DNA of 58,260 bases from Psammoneis japonica (lineage: Eukaryota), in the NCBI GenBank assembly GCA_008632985.1, contig QPGO01000314.1, positions 1 to 58,260 of the forward strand. Reading direction: 5' to 3'. Shown in pieces: positions 48,326 through 58,260 of this stretch (position 1 is its first letter; every line of letters starts with the position of its first letter). Made by a program: the position numbers and the translations under genes. The notes under the pieces were generated by a model. The model worked only from the letters and a program-made list of their open reading frames with translations, was not told the DNA's origin and made no database searches.

Positions 48326-48714
48326 GACGCGTTCCAGGTCCAGGTGGGACCTTGCACTGCTCAACTGTGACATCGATGGTTTTTTGAATAGCGTCGTATG
48401 TTGCACACGTACATTTCTACGTGATTTTGGCGAAATTTTGCATCATTTTATGGCACAATTGTCAGGCGATCCATTCAACAACTTTTGACATTTTTTTCTT
48501 CTACGCCATTCTCGAGTGTCTTAAGAATGGTGCAGGGCAGGCATGTTGTCCAAAACTTCAAGTACGAACAGAGATGTGTGTGCTGCAAACTTGGCTGTTT
48601 GTTTCATGCTGAAGACAAATGTGTCCATCAACCAGAGTACGAACTGCAGAGCTCGCACGTAGAATTCTGCGGGGCAAATGTCACAAAAAGTCCCACCCAG
48701 GACTGGAACCCGTC
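48326..48714. mobile_element. MITE subtype A inserted in the Ngaro gag region
   Basis: TIRs GACGCGTTCCAGGTCCAGGTGGGAC / GTCCCACCCAGGACTGGAACCCGTC and TSD GACA (48322-25, 48715-18). Confidence 0.93.
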
Positions 48715-51375
48715 GACACCAAATTTGCTGACACGGGCACATTGAAGTGCACCTCAAGGGCCTCACGTTGTTCGTTGACGTTGCCTTGGACAGAGGCCAC
48801 CCATCCGGGCTTGAGCGCAGATGCCAAGTCGGCCCACATCTGCGGCAATTGGGTCTCTTGGCAGATCTGACACAGGCGCATGATGATGAGCGTGGCTTGC
48901 ACACCAAAAGCCTCCCGCGGGGTCTTGCCGCGTGCGCCAGCTTGTGAGCGTGCCTGCGCATCCAACCTCTGCTGACGTTGCTCTGCCGTGAGATTGTCAA
49001 TGGCAGCAATCACAGGCTGAAAATGCTGCAATGTTTGCCCTTGTTGCCCCACACGGTTGGGCAAATCCCGATTGACCTTCCTCTCAAAGTGCTGAGTGAG
49101 GGATTTGTTCAGTGGCTGGGGCAGGTGGGCCAGTCCCTGATCACAGCCGAGGCTGCATGATCCTGCTGGGCAGCTGCACATGCCACCTTAAGGAAATCTA
49201 ACAAGGGGCGGCACTCGTTGACTTGATTTGCCGCAGTCGCCGCACCATGGATTCGTGCGAAGGCCGGTTTGGGCGTCAGTGCAGTCAAGAGTGGAAGATC
49301 AACATGACTGAAAGGCACGAACATGCAATTGCGTGTCCGCACCTCTGCTGCATTGGCAGTCTGATTGGCAACATGGGGGTGAAACCCCTCTGGGTCTGCC
49401 GTGATGGCGGCCAAAATCGCGGCATCATCCAACATGTGTGCACCATGGGGTGCAAGATTCATCATCTCCACCGGGAACTTGGTGCTGGTTGATGCTGGTT
49501 GACCGCCAAATCACCTGCAATGCCGCAGTTGCACCCATCCCAGGGTTGGGCTTGTCCCACCACCGTTGTGGGGTGTGCAGACAGCCTGTGCAAGATCTGG
49601 ACACGTCCGGGCTTGTTGGCTTGGCCTGGTGAACGACAGTGCATGGCAATCATTGGCATGTCGTGCTCTGATGCGGCAGCAATCCTGGCGCACAAAGCTT
49701 GAGGATTGAACCTTGACGGTCCATTGATGCCAGCTGCAAAGTCCATCATGGCTTCTTGGTGCTGCTGTCCCTGGTGCGGGTCACAGTTGGCTGCTCCGCA
49801 GCAGTCGGCGTGCATCAGCATTGCCCACGGTTGCGGCGGCACTGGCGCCACATTGGGTCCCTGTGCAGCCGGTGCCTGACCAGGAGCTTGAGGTGGTGCC
49901 AGTTGCTGTTGCCCAACGGGTGGTTGCTGCACTGGTTGATTCATGGGGGGTTGCTGTCCTTGCAGTGGTGGTGGCTGTGGCTGCTGCAGCCCTGGAGCAG
50001 GCTGCCATGGCTGTTGGCCCACCGGTGGTGCCGGATGTGCGGGTGCGGTGGTGGTGCGCTCTGCTGAGCATTTGCATTTCCCAGGTCCGGTGGAGTGCCA
50101 GGATTCAACATGATGTTTTGAATTGGTTGCACTCCTGCTTGCATGAAGAAAGGATGAGGAAAAGTCAACAACAGCGGCGGAGGTCTCCTGCATCGAACTC
50201 AACAGCGATTGGCTGTCTAGAGCCCGGCTTGCTGTTGTTGTTCTCGAAAGAAGGAAAAACAAACGAAAGCCGGAGAAGAGTCATTCTGACTCCCGTGCAA
50301 CGTACGGCACTTTCAAAGGGAAGGAATTGGGAACCCCTCTTTGCGGATCTCACGAGGACAGGGAGTGACCTCTTCCACTGACACAGATGGCCTGTTCCAG
50401 CTCCAGGTGATCCATGCGGGTTCGATTCCCATCATTTGACAATTTGTGCATTTGGCGCATTGAACTTTTTCAAAATCCGTTTTTTGCCAAATCAAAGGGC
50501 AAGTGCACACTTTGCATGCATTTTTGGGTGTGCAATTGCCTTTCGATTTTCGAAAGAATCAAAATTGAAGGAGTTTGATGCGCTGAACTGTGCAGAAAAT
50601 TGGCCTCTCGTGTGATGAAAAGCGGATCACCTGAGCTGGAACATGCCAGATGTCACAAGATCGAAAGAAGTCAAAGGAACGACCAGTCAAAAAACAAAGG
50701 ATGAGCATGCCATTGGACAATGTGACGACCACAAATGCGCATTGCGAGGTTGACAATTCACCCCACACTCTGTCACACATTGCCCGCGCTCATGTCACAA
50801 CAAGAAAATGCTGCACATTGGAGCACAGACCAAAAAAGAAGGTGAAACAAAAGAAACACAGTTGGAGGACAACAACAAAAATGAACCATTGCACCACTTC
50901 AGTCGATGAAACATTTTGTGACATGTGCGGCACTCGTCAAAACCTCCCCAATGTGTGCACATGATGTGGGCAAATGAGATGAATCTTGTGCACAACTTGC
51001 CCCATGGAAAGACGCGACCATGACGGTGCAAACGACGAAAAAAGGGTCTGTAAGTCGTTCTCCATTTTTGATTTTTGTGCAACTGGCCAGATTTAGCTCA
51101 GCACTGAAAAATGTAACGATCCGTGTGATGATGGAGGTCTTTCTCTTCCTCTTCTTCCCGCACCAATTACAGACCTCCCAAGCTGGGAGTGGATGGGCGG
51201 GCCGGGAGCGATAATGACTGTTTTCTGGCTTTTTGAATCAGTGATCTGATGGAAGGACAGGCCGAGTGCGACCATTGTATTTTTATTTTTTCCCTCGCGG
51301 TCCGCCATGGTGGTGTCATAGCTTTTCCGTTGCCGCTGTCACCGTCGTCCCTGAACAACAAAACGGTATCATACC

Positions 51376-52593
51376 ATGGCAGAGTGCTACTCAATCGAAA
51401 AGGCCGCTGATGGATCTGCAGGTCAAAAGAGGTACAGGAAAAGCACCACATTGACCTTTCAGAACGCCTGCAGCATCAGAAAGCTGCTCTTGCAGAGGCT
51501 GAACGGCGTGTAGAAAAGCTGCGTCATGACATTATCAAGACAGAGGCAGAGCTGAGAAAAGCAACATTACTCTCCCCTTCAGAAGCGCCAGTACAGACGT
51601 GTTGGGGAGTCCGGATATCGTGGTGAATGAGATCTTTGCGTTTCTCTCCATACCTGACCTCGGGCGTTCTGCCGCTGTCTGTCGCGAGTGGACAAGTTAT
51701 GCTCGTAAGGAACATCTCTGGCGAACTCATGCAATGAAAAAGTGGCCGCATACTCCGTCCTCTGCCATATCCAACTTTTACTGCTATTGCGAAGTCAGAT
51801 TACTCAAAAAAAACTTTCGAAGGGGAGCTCATTTATCCACATTACAACAAGCAGGTGAATAGCAAGTATGCCGACGACGAGTACTACATTCTCTATGAGC
51901 TACCGCGTATTATGGAAGATACCGAGGATGGACAACAGAGACCTGTATCTCGATGTGTAAAGTTGGACGAGTCTCTTGAAATCCTTGAACAGAATCATTA
52001 TGAGGAGTCGATCTGTAACTGCCGCAATCGTTGAGCACACAAGTCGGCTTTTTTACGTCTGCCGCTTGAATTGATTTGCAGCTCCTTTCCAGTACGTGAA
52101 CTTCTCCAGAGATTCAGGGAACTCAAGATATCCATTCTTCGGAGATCAGACAGCAAAATGGCGCTGATAATGGACCCTGGCAGCCAACGATATTGCAACG
52201 GATGGGATTGATGACTGGCATCCTGAAGATGTCATCACTCAGGGACACTACCAGTACCTGAGAGATATACCAAACTTTTTAGACACGAGACACAAAACAT
52301 CTATTGGAGACAGGTTGCCACTTGGATTACGAGCCAAAGCTGTTTTGCAGTTTCCCTCTGACCGCGAATTCGTGGGAGGACGTCCCGTCGCCGAGCTTGG
52401 AGTTGATACGACGTATACTTGGCCTCATCGAGATGATCTCTTACAGGTGCGCTTCGAGTCACTGATTCTTGGTTTTGATCTGCATGATCAATCCAGGGAG
52501 GAGAGTTATTTTTATGAGACACACATGACTCCAGCCTATGATAAGGCGTGTCTAAATCAATTCCTCGAAATGGCTGGTGTTGAATGGCATTGA
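51376..52593 (+). pseudogene. F-box protein gene, apparently frameshifted
   Basis: Coiled-coil segment (ERLQHQKAALAEAERRVEKL) and F-box-like PDIVVNEIFAFLSIPDLGRSAAVCREWTSYARKEHLWR lie in different frames, with downstream stops. Boundaries approximate; introns not excluded. Confidence 0.65.
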
Positions 52594-53040
52594 TGGGTTT
52601 TTTTAATTCAAACTTCATCTTGATGCAGTTATTGAACCTAAGCCCGGCAGTGATGAAGACACTTGATTTCCGCAATTCTCTGCATAACACTAGTAGGTTG
52701 AAACCAAGTCCAATATATGCCTTTACATGAGTGCGTTTTAGCAAAGCTACCTACAGTACAATGATTTCCATTTCGATTCCCTGCTAGTCGTGCATTGGTA
52801 GAGCTTTTCCGTCGCCATAACACAATTTTAGTAGAACTTGTGCCAGCCCAAAGGAAAATCTAAGTATAACATTTGTCAGATAAACGTTGATGTCATTCGT
52901 GTCAAATTCCAAGACAGACCACAAGAAACAATTCATCAAAATTCAAGCGTGAAGGGGAGTGGAAGAGTCGTCCTCGCAACACTGCCCAAAGCTGATCTTG
53001 TGGCCAGCTTGCAAAGTTAAATCTAGAAAGCATTTAAAAG

Positions 53041-54790
53041 GATGATGATTGTTGTTGTTGTTCAAAAATGCCAGATGAAGGAGAATGTTGCATGTTTATT
53101 GCCACAGGCTTCCACCCAATCAAAATCAGCCCATCGGCTCTTGGAAAGACCCAAATGCTTCAAAGGAGAGTGGTCAGCCAATGTGCAAAGGCAACGCAAT
53201 GCCAGTCATCTTTTTTGTAGAGTTGCACTCTCCATCCCACCCACAACAATCTTTGATGATGCAACACACTGCATTGCAACCAAACAATCCTCCCAGCTAA
53301 AATGGTCAGAAGGGGGGGGGCGCAGATGGGCTTCACCTGATGCTTGGTGGCCTGCAGCTCAGCTTGTGCCATTTCTTCAAGCACTTCCCCAAAGCCAGTG
53401 AGGAGCTGTGCCACACCCCTGTCTGACATGGTTTGTGTCTTCATTTGTGGTCAATGGCTTTGCAAGACATTCAGTCATGATGTGCCATTGGTGGAAACTG
53501 TCCAAAGTGAGCCCATCTTGGCCATTTGTGAAGAAAGTGATGTGAGGTTGCAGCCAGCAAAGCATGTGTGTGGCACCATTTCCCAGAGCATGGCAAGCAG
53601 CCAAAAACTTTGGAGCTTCAAAAAATGCCAAAGGAGCTTGGGGGCTGCTCCCCTGTCTTGACAATCAAAAGTGTCTTGGGTTTCTGGGTCACAGAAGTCA
53701 AACCTCCTGAGGCAACAAATGCTTGGAGGTGAGAAGGTTTTACATCATTTTTCAAAAGACAGGTCACTTGCTTCATAAATGAGATTGTCCAACATGTCAT
53801 CTGACAATCCTTCTGTGTGACTTTCAACAGCATTGTGGAGTGCATCCAGATTCTTGTTGATCTCATGCAGAGCACATGCTGGAAATGACTCATCAGCTTG
53901 TGGTTCAAAATTTTAAACAAGGAGAAAGCATTGGTGGTGTGCTCACTGAAATCATCAGCACCTGTGGGGTCAACCATCTCAACCAAGATTGGAGCAGCAG
54001 GTTTGGCCGCAACAGTGTCCCTCTCAGCCATTGAAGCAGGAGCAAAGGATGCTGAAATGGCTGCATGGCCAGCAACTCCTCAACTTGCCACATGGGTCTT
54101 GGCAATCCAGCCAATGAGGCAACAGGGTGCAAGTCCAAAAAGTCAAGGTCACTTGGTTCTTCAGCCAGGTCATGGAGCACTTGTGTTCCATCTTCTTGAC
54201 CTTGTCCAACTTCACACACGTGAACCTTGTGGTTGAAGAACTCAGATGCCATCTTGGATGCTCAAGTCAAAACAACAGAGCCTGTGTCAACTGACAGTGC
54301 ATGGCCCATCTGCACAATCTTGACCAGATGCAGAGCTTTTGTCATGAGCTCAGTGCAATTCTTGCAAGGGCAGGACTCAAGCAATGGTGCCTTGAGCTTG
54401 TCCTTGGCAGACTCAACATCAACAAGAGCACTTGCATTGCAAGTGTCCAGAGCGGCCATGAACAATGCTGACCCTTGATGATCCTTGAAGTTCTTCATGT
54501 GGTTGAACTTCACTTGGATCTTCTTGCAGAATGTTTCCTTGATGCGAGACTTGACAAACAGTCAAGAGAGACTGATGTTGTCCATCTCATGCTGATCACA
54601 GCCTTTGTCACCAGAAGCCTTGGTGCAAGTCTTGTGCTCCTTCTCAAGGTCACAGACAGCAGCAATGATGGCATGAAGACAACTGAATGGGGGGGGGCAC
54701 ACAACCTTGCTGTTAGATCGCTTGAAGCAGCAGAAGTTTTGCTGCCTGTTCAATTCCACGAGGTCTCAGATGGCTGCTGCCGCCCCAGAG
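53041..54790 (-). mobile_element. TpA/CpG-depleted retroelement relic, gag-like
   Basis: Abrupt composition change at ~53040. GSALFMAALDTCNAS...LESCPCKN resembles diatom LTR-element gag segments as I recall them; unverified. Confidence 0.45.
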
Positions 54791-55106
54791 GTCAACATTG
54801 ATGACATTGTTTCAACGGACAAACCTTTTGTTGGACCAGGAAGAGAATCTCTTGATGGATCTGTCGAAAGAGAAGCTGTTGAAACACGGAATAATTCTGA
54901 CGGCGGCTCGGCCAGAGTTGGAGACGAGAGTGCCACATCTGGTTCGCTCTCCAGTGGTGAGGAAGACATCGAGAAGGTTGTCTGTGTGCCTGCAGGTGCT
55001 GCACGAGAGGACTCTAGGTATCGCCATTCATGATGTGGAAGCAATAGATCTCGACTGCAGTCGGCAGGGGCCACGAAAACAACTTGCCGCTCTATAAAGT
55101 TTATCA

Positions 55107-57165
55107 CTATTTTTTTCGCATGACATCTCCGGAATGAAGGATGGCACCATCTTGGGCATTTCTGTTTTGGTAGTCAACCGTGTCCATCAGAGTTTTGCCC
55201 TTGTACACAAGTCGCATCCAAAAACTTTGTGTTTGTGCCTGGGTAGCCCCACACATCCCTGAAGACAACCCTTTGAAGGTCAGAAGAAGCGCTGTACGTT
55301 TGCCCTTTGGAAAGAATCTTGCTTGTGCCACTAGCATGTACACGAGAAAAATGCATGCCCTCTTTGTGATAGTTCTTCCGAAGCGAGTTTTGTACGTGCT
55401 GGCGCAAGTATCTCGCCATTGTAGCTTGGATGGTGGACACCTTCCACCAACAAACGCAAAAAATCCGTGCCAGGTATTTACCGTAAGGATATGGTTTATC
55501 TGCGTCCGAAAGTGAGTAAAACTCATCACATGATAAGTTGAAGCTGCCTCCGGTCCTGTAGGTTCCGGTTGACCAAAGTATCGGTCGTAGCGATTTGCCC
55601 GCTCTTGCGTTGTCGTACCGAGGCAGGTTGATCGGTAGAAATAGACATGAAACATGCAGAGACGAAGGCTTACAGACATTGCATCAAGCGTCAAGCAAAC
55701 CCTCTCTTCGGCCTTCTCGGCAGTTTCAGGCCTTCCAAACTCATCCTGCGTGTGCTCCAGTTGAGGGTATTTGGTGCAGCACCACAAAACGCCGCGATCG
55801 AAATTCTCCGTCAAGTACGTTCCCCGAAGGTCATTCCAACCAAAATCCTTTTCGTCCACCACCATGAGCAGTGGAAGAATAGAACCAAGACTTGGACAGG
55901 ACTTCTTTGTGCGGTATTGCTCAGAAGAGACAAATTTGCGAAGTCGTAACAATGCCACGCGTTTGACGTTGGGGAAATGGTGGGCTAGTGCCAAGAACAA
56001 CCGATGAATGTTCAGGAGACCAGTAAAGCTCTTTCGGCTTGCAGAAATCCCTTGGTCCGAAAGTAGTACTGCAAAGGTGTTGACGATTTTTGGCATAACG
56101 TCCAATACCATCTCCTCAAATGTGTCATTTCGATCACCACCCTTCCTAGCTACCGGGTACCACAGCCTGATTATTGTCTTGCGAATAAGAGGCAGAGCAC
56201 GTCGGAAATGATCTTCCGTGAAGTAGAGAGGCAAGAACAGCTCAAACTTGTTGCCAAAGGCATCGGCGCGAATGCGGAATTGTTTGAATGCGGTGATGCT
56301 GAGCAGATCTTGGGACAGGTCAATGTAATCCACGTTCTTAGTTCGCGGATTGACAGTATGGATATAGCTGACGCCTACTCCCAGTACATCTTCGAAAAAG
56401 GTCTTTTGGGTAGAGAAGCATTTCAAGCGATCGACGATCTTTGTCAAAGACATTTGGTAAAGCAACTTCCAGTACTTCATATTCTTCGACGTCAATTCAC
56501 TTTGCGGAAAGCGTTGACGAAACATGGTCTGCCACAGATACCCTTCTTCCGAAATCTTCTTGGAGAACTTGGAACAAGCTCCCAAGGAAGCCATGTCTTA
56601 GACGTCATAAGGTAAATCCAACAGCAGACATTTCGGTTTACACTCTTGCTCCGGTTCTTCCTGACGAGAAACCAATTCTGCTTGAAGAGATACTTGTTCC
56701 TGATCAGCAGCGGCTGCAGCAGCAGCAGCTGCTTCTGCAGCGCGTCTACGAGCATTTCGGCGCTGGTTCTTTAGAGAACTCTTGCTGAGTAGGACTCGGC
56801 TTTGCATGTGGGTTCAAAGATGAATTCTTGGAAGCAGCAAAAACCTGGGTAGGACTTGGTTTCAGATGCTCGCTCTTTTTAGACCCGACGGCTACCCAAT
56901 CACTGCCATCAGTCTCTTGTAGACTCACGGCTGGAACCGGCTTCTCGGGGAGAGAGTCATGGATGCTTGATTTCTTCTTCTTTGACGATGGAGCCTTTGC
57001 AGTAGGCCGCTCTAAAGCAGAGCTTTTCCAACAATCCTCAGACGAGTAGGACATTTCGCAACCAACTTTGGCTCGCCTTTGGTGTGCTCCTGGATTTTCA
57101 TTCCACGTCAAACTTGCAAACAGACGAAACACTTGCGCAGACAGCGAATCCAATTCAATCCACAT
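55107..57165 (-). pseudogene. F-box + conserved eukaryotic domain + TerD-like protein, probably disrupted
   Basis: F-box-like LLDLPYDV*DMASLGACSK...LWQ with an apparent deletion and stop. 495-aa ORF with CFSTQKTFFEDVLG, FLPLYFTEDHF, YLTENFDRGVLW. TerD-like VWGYPG...FLDATC...VDY...GAILHSGDVM is reached through frameshifts. Confidence 0.6.
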
Positions 57166-57312
57166 CTGGATGAATCGAACCGTTCCGGGATCATTTAAAT
57201 GTTCCTGTACAAGGCTCTTGATTTTGTGGTATCTTGGTCAGGCAGTAGCGGCTCTTGCCCTTTTGCGAGTACTAGTTGCTCACGGTTGTGACGGTATTTC
57301 AACGTTTCAGTT

Positions 57313-58260
57313 TCAATTGTTCAATCCGAATCTCTCTCGAAAGGATTCAACTATCATTTGATGACACACCATGTCCTTGTCTCGACACCTTGTTCCCTGA
57401 TTTAAACACTGCCCTTTTGGCTCGCCGTATAGTTCTGAACCCCAAATGGCACTGGTTCGTTCTTGTGGCACTTGTTCAAAATACGGATTCTCGTTGTTGT
57501 GTTGTGAGACATTGTAAAAGTTAACAAAGTAGCTCACGAGCCAATCCGCGTGCATGCAATTGCCAGCCTTCTACCATTTTCTATAGAGTCGATATGGCTG
57601 TTCTACAAGATAGGAATTCATGAGTTCCACAACACTCATGCCTTTGCGATAGAATTGACAATCTCCAATCAAATTTTCCTGTGTTCGATTGCAAATCCAT
57701 CAGAACAATCAATTGGTCGCATCAGATTAAAGAGCGCACCCTTGTTGAACACCATGCCAAATCCGCCCCAAGCAAAGGTAAAGTTCACCTCTTGCACGCT
57801 GTGCCGGACCCGACAGCCGGCATGGAAAATACATTGTTCCGGAAAGTGAGCGACCAAGATGTGCTTCCTGGTGATATATGTTCTCTTGCATGTAGCAAGG
57901 CATTGTGACACAGTCGCCCCATGAACGAACATCTACAATCCTTGATCTATGAGATTGACATTTTCGGAAACGACATTGTTGCTCCTTTGTAGCATTTCGA
58001 ATGACGATTCTTTTTATCTGCACTGGTGGAGTTGAAGATGGCGGTCTCAATAGCACATCGCACCATTCTAATTTCTCTGTCGCAGAATCGTCATGCTTGA
58101 CTGCGCATGTTTACCTGAGCCTCGGCAAATCTTCCTTGTTGAAACAGCACACGCGTCAATCCTCTCCGGTACTTTTGGGTCTCGTGGTGCTGGTTCCCGA
58201 GTTTCTTCACAGCTCCCTCGAGAGCCAAACGAGTGTATGTTTCCGCGTTGTCGAACCTAC
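57313..58260 (-). pseudogene. Disrupted glycosyltransferase-like (Fringe-like) gene fragment; 5' end outside the window
   Basis: AGCRVR...NFTFAWGGFGMVFNKGAL and CMHADWLVSYFVNFYNVS...VCH fragments lie in several frames with stops. Confidence 0.4.

Larger units (their letters stand above)
44689..50361 (-). mobile_element. Ngaro/PAT-type (DIRS order) retrotransposon with split direct repeats A1...B1-A2-B2
   Basis: A1 50205-50361, B1 44987-45139, A2 44861-44986, B2 44689-44841. Gag-like Pro/Gln-rich ORF and zinc-finger-like CLPFHLKGQRNSNC. RT motifs DMSDGFH...LPMGWKSLPPAF...HVDDYIG...KEVLGWLIDT; RNase H AADDASRL. No tyrosine recombinase recognised. Confidence 0.88.

Noticed and set aside
50386..50420. 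TTCCAGCTCCAGGTG resembling the MITE TIR, as a possible fifth copy
   Set aside because: Only a partial match; no partner TIR or TSD found.

Overview
Eukaryotic genomic DNA, most likely a diatom (inferred from CoDi-type Copia, an Ambal-like LINE and diatom-style membrane proteins). A small host-gene island (HOOK-domain gene head-to-head with the V-ATPase c'' subunit) is surrounded by three paralogous FG-GAP-type beta-propeller membrane-protein genes, pseudogenes, and nested transposons: a complete Copia element, Gypsy and LINE relics, an Ngaro-type split-direct-repeat element, and four MITEs with GAC...GTC termini. The most striking feature is that transposon-rich blocks have almost no TpA, while host genes have normal TpA. 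Comparisons of paired copies inside the window (LTR vs LTR, tandem duplicates, MITE copies, gene vs pseudogene) and systematic Tyr->Cys/His changes in conserved motifs point to strand-symmetric, post-insertion TpA->TpG/CpA (A:T->G:C) hypermutation. It is directed at repeat domains, runs ahead of CpG decay, depends on flanking context and leaks into neighbouring genes. This resembles a genome-defence process that is the mirror image of fungal RIP. I am not aware of a description of it, but could not run a literature search. All identifications are by eye from motifs; no database searches or counts were run.
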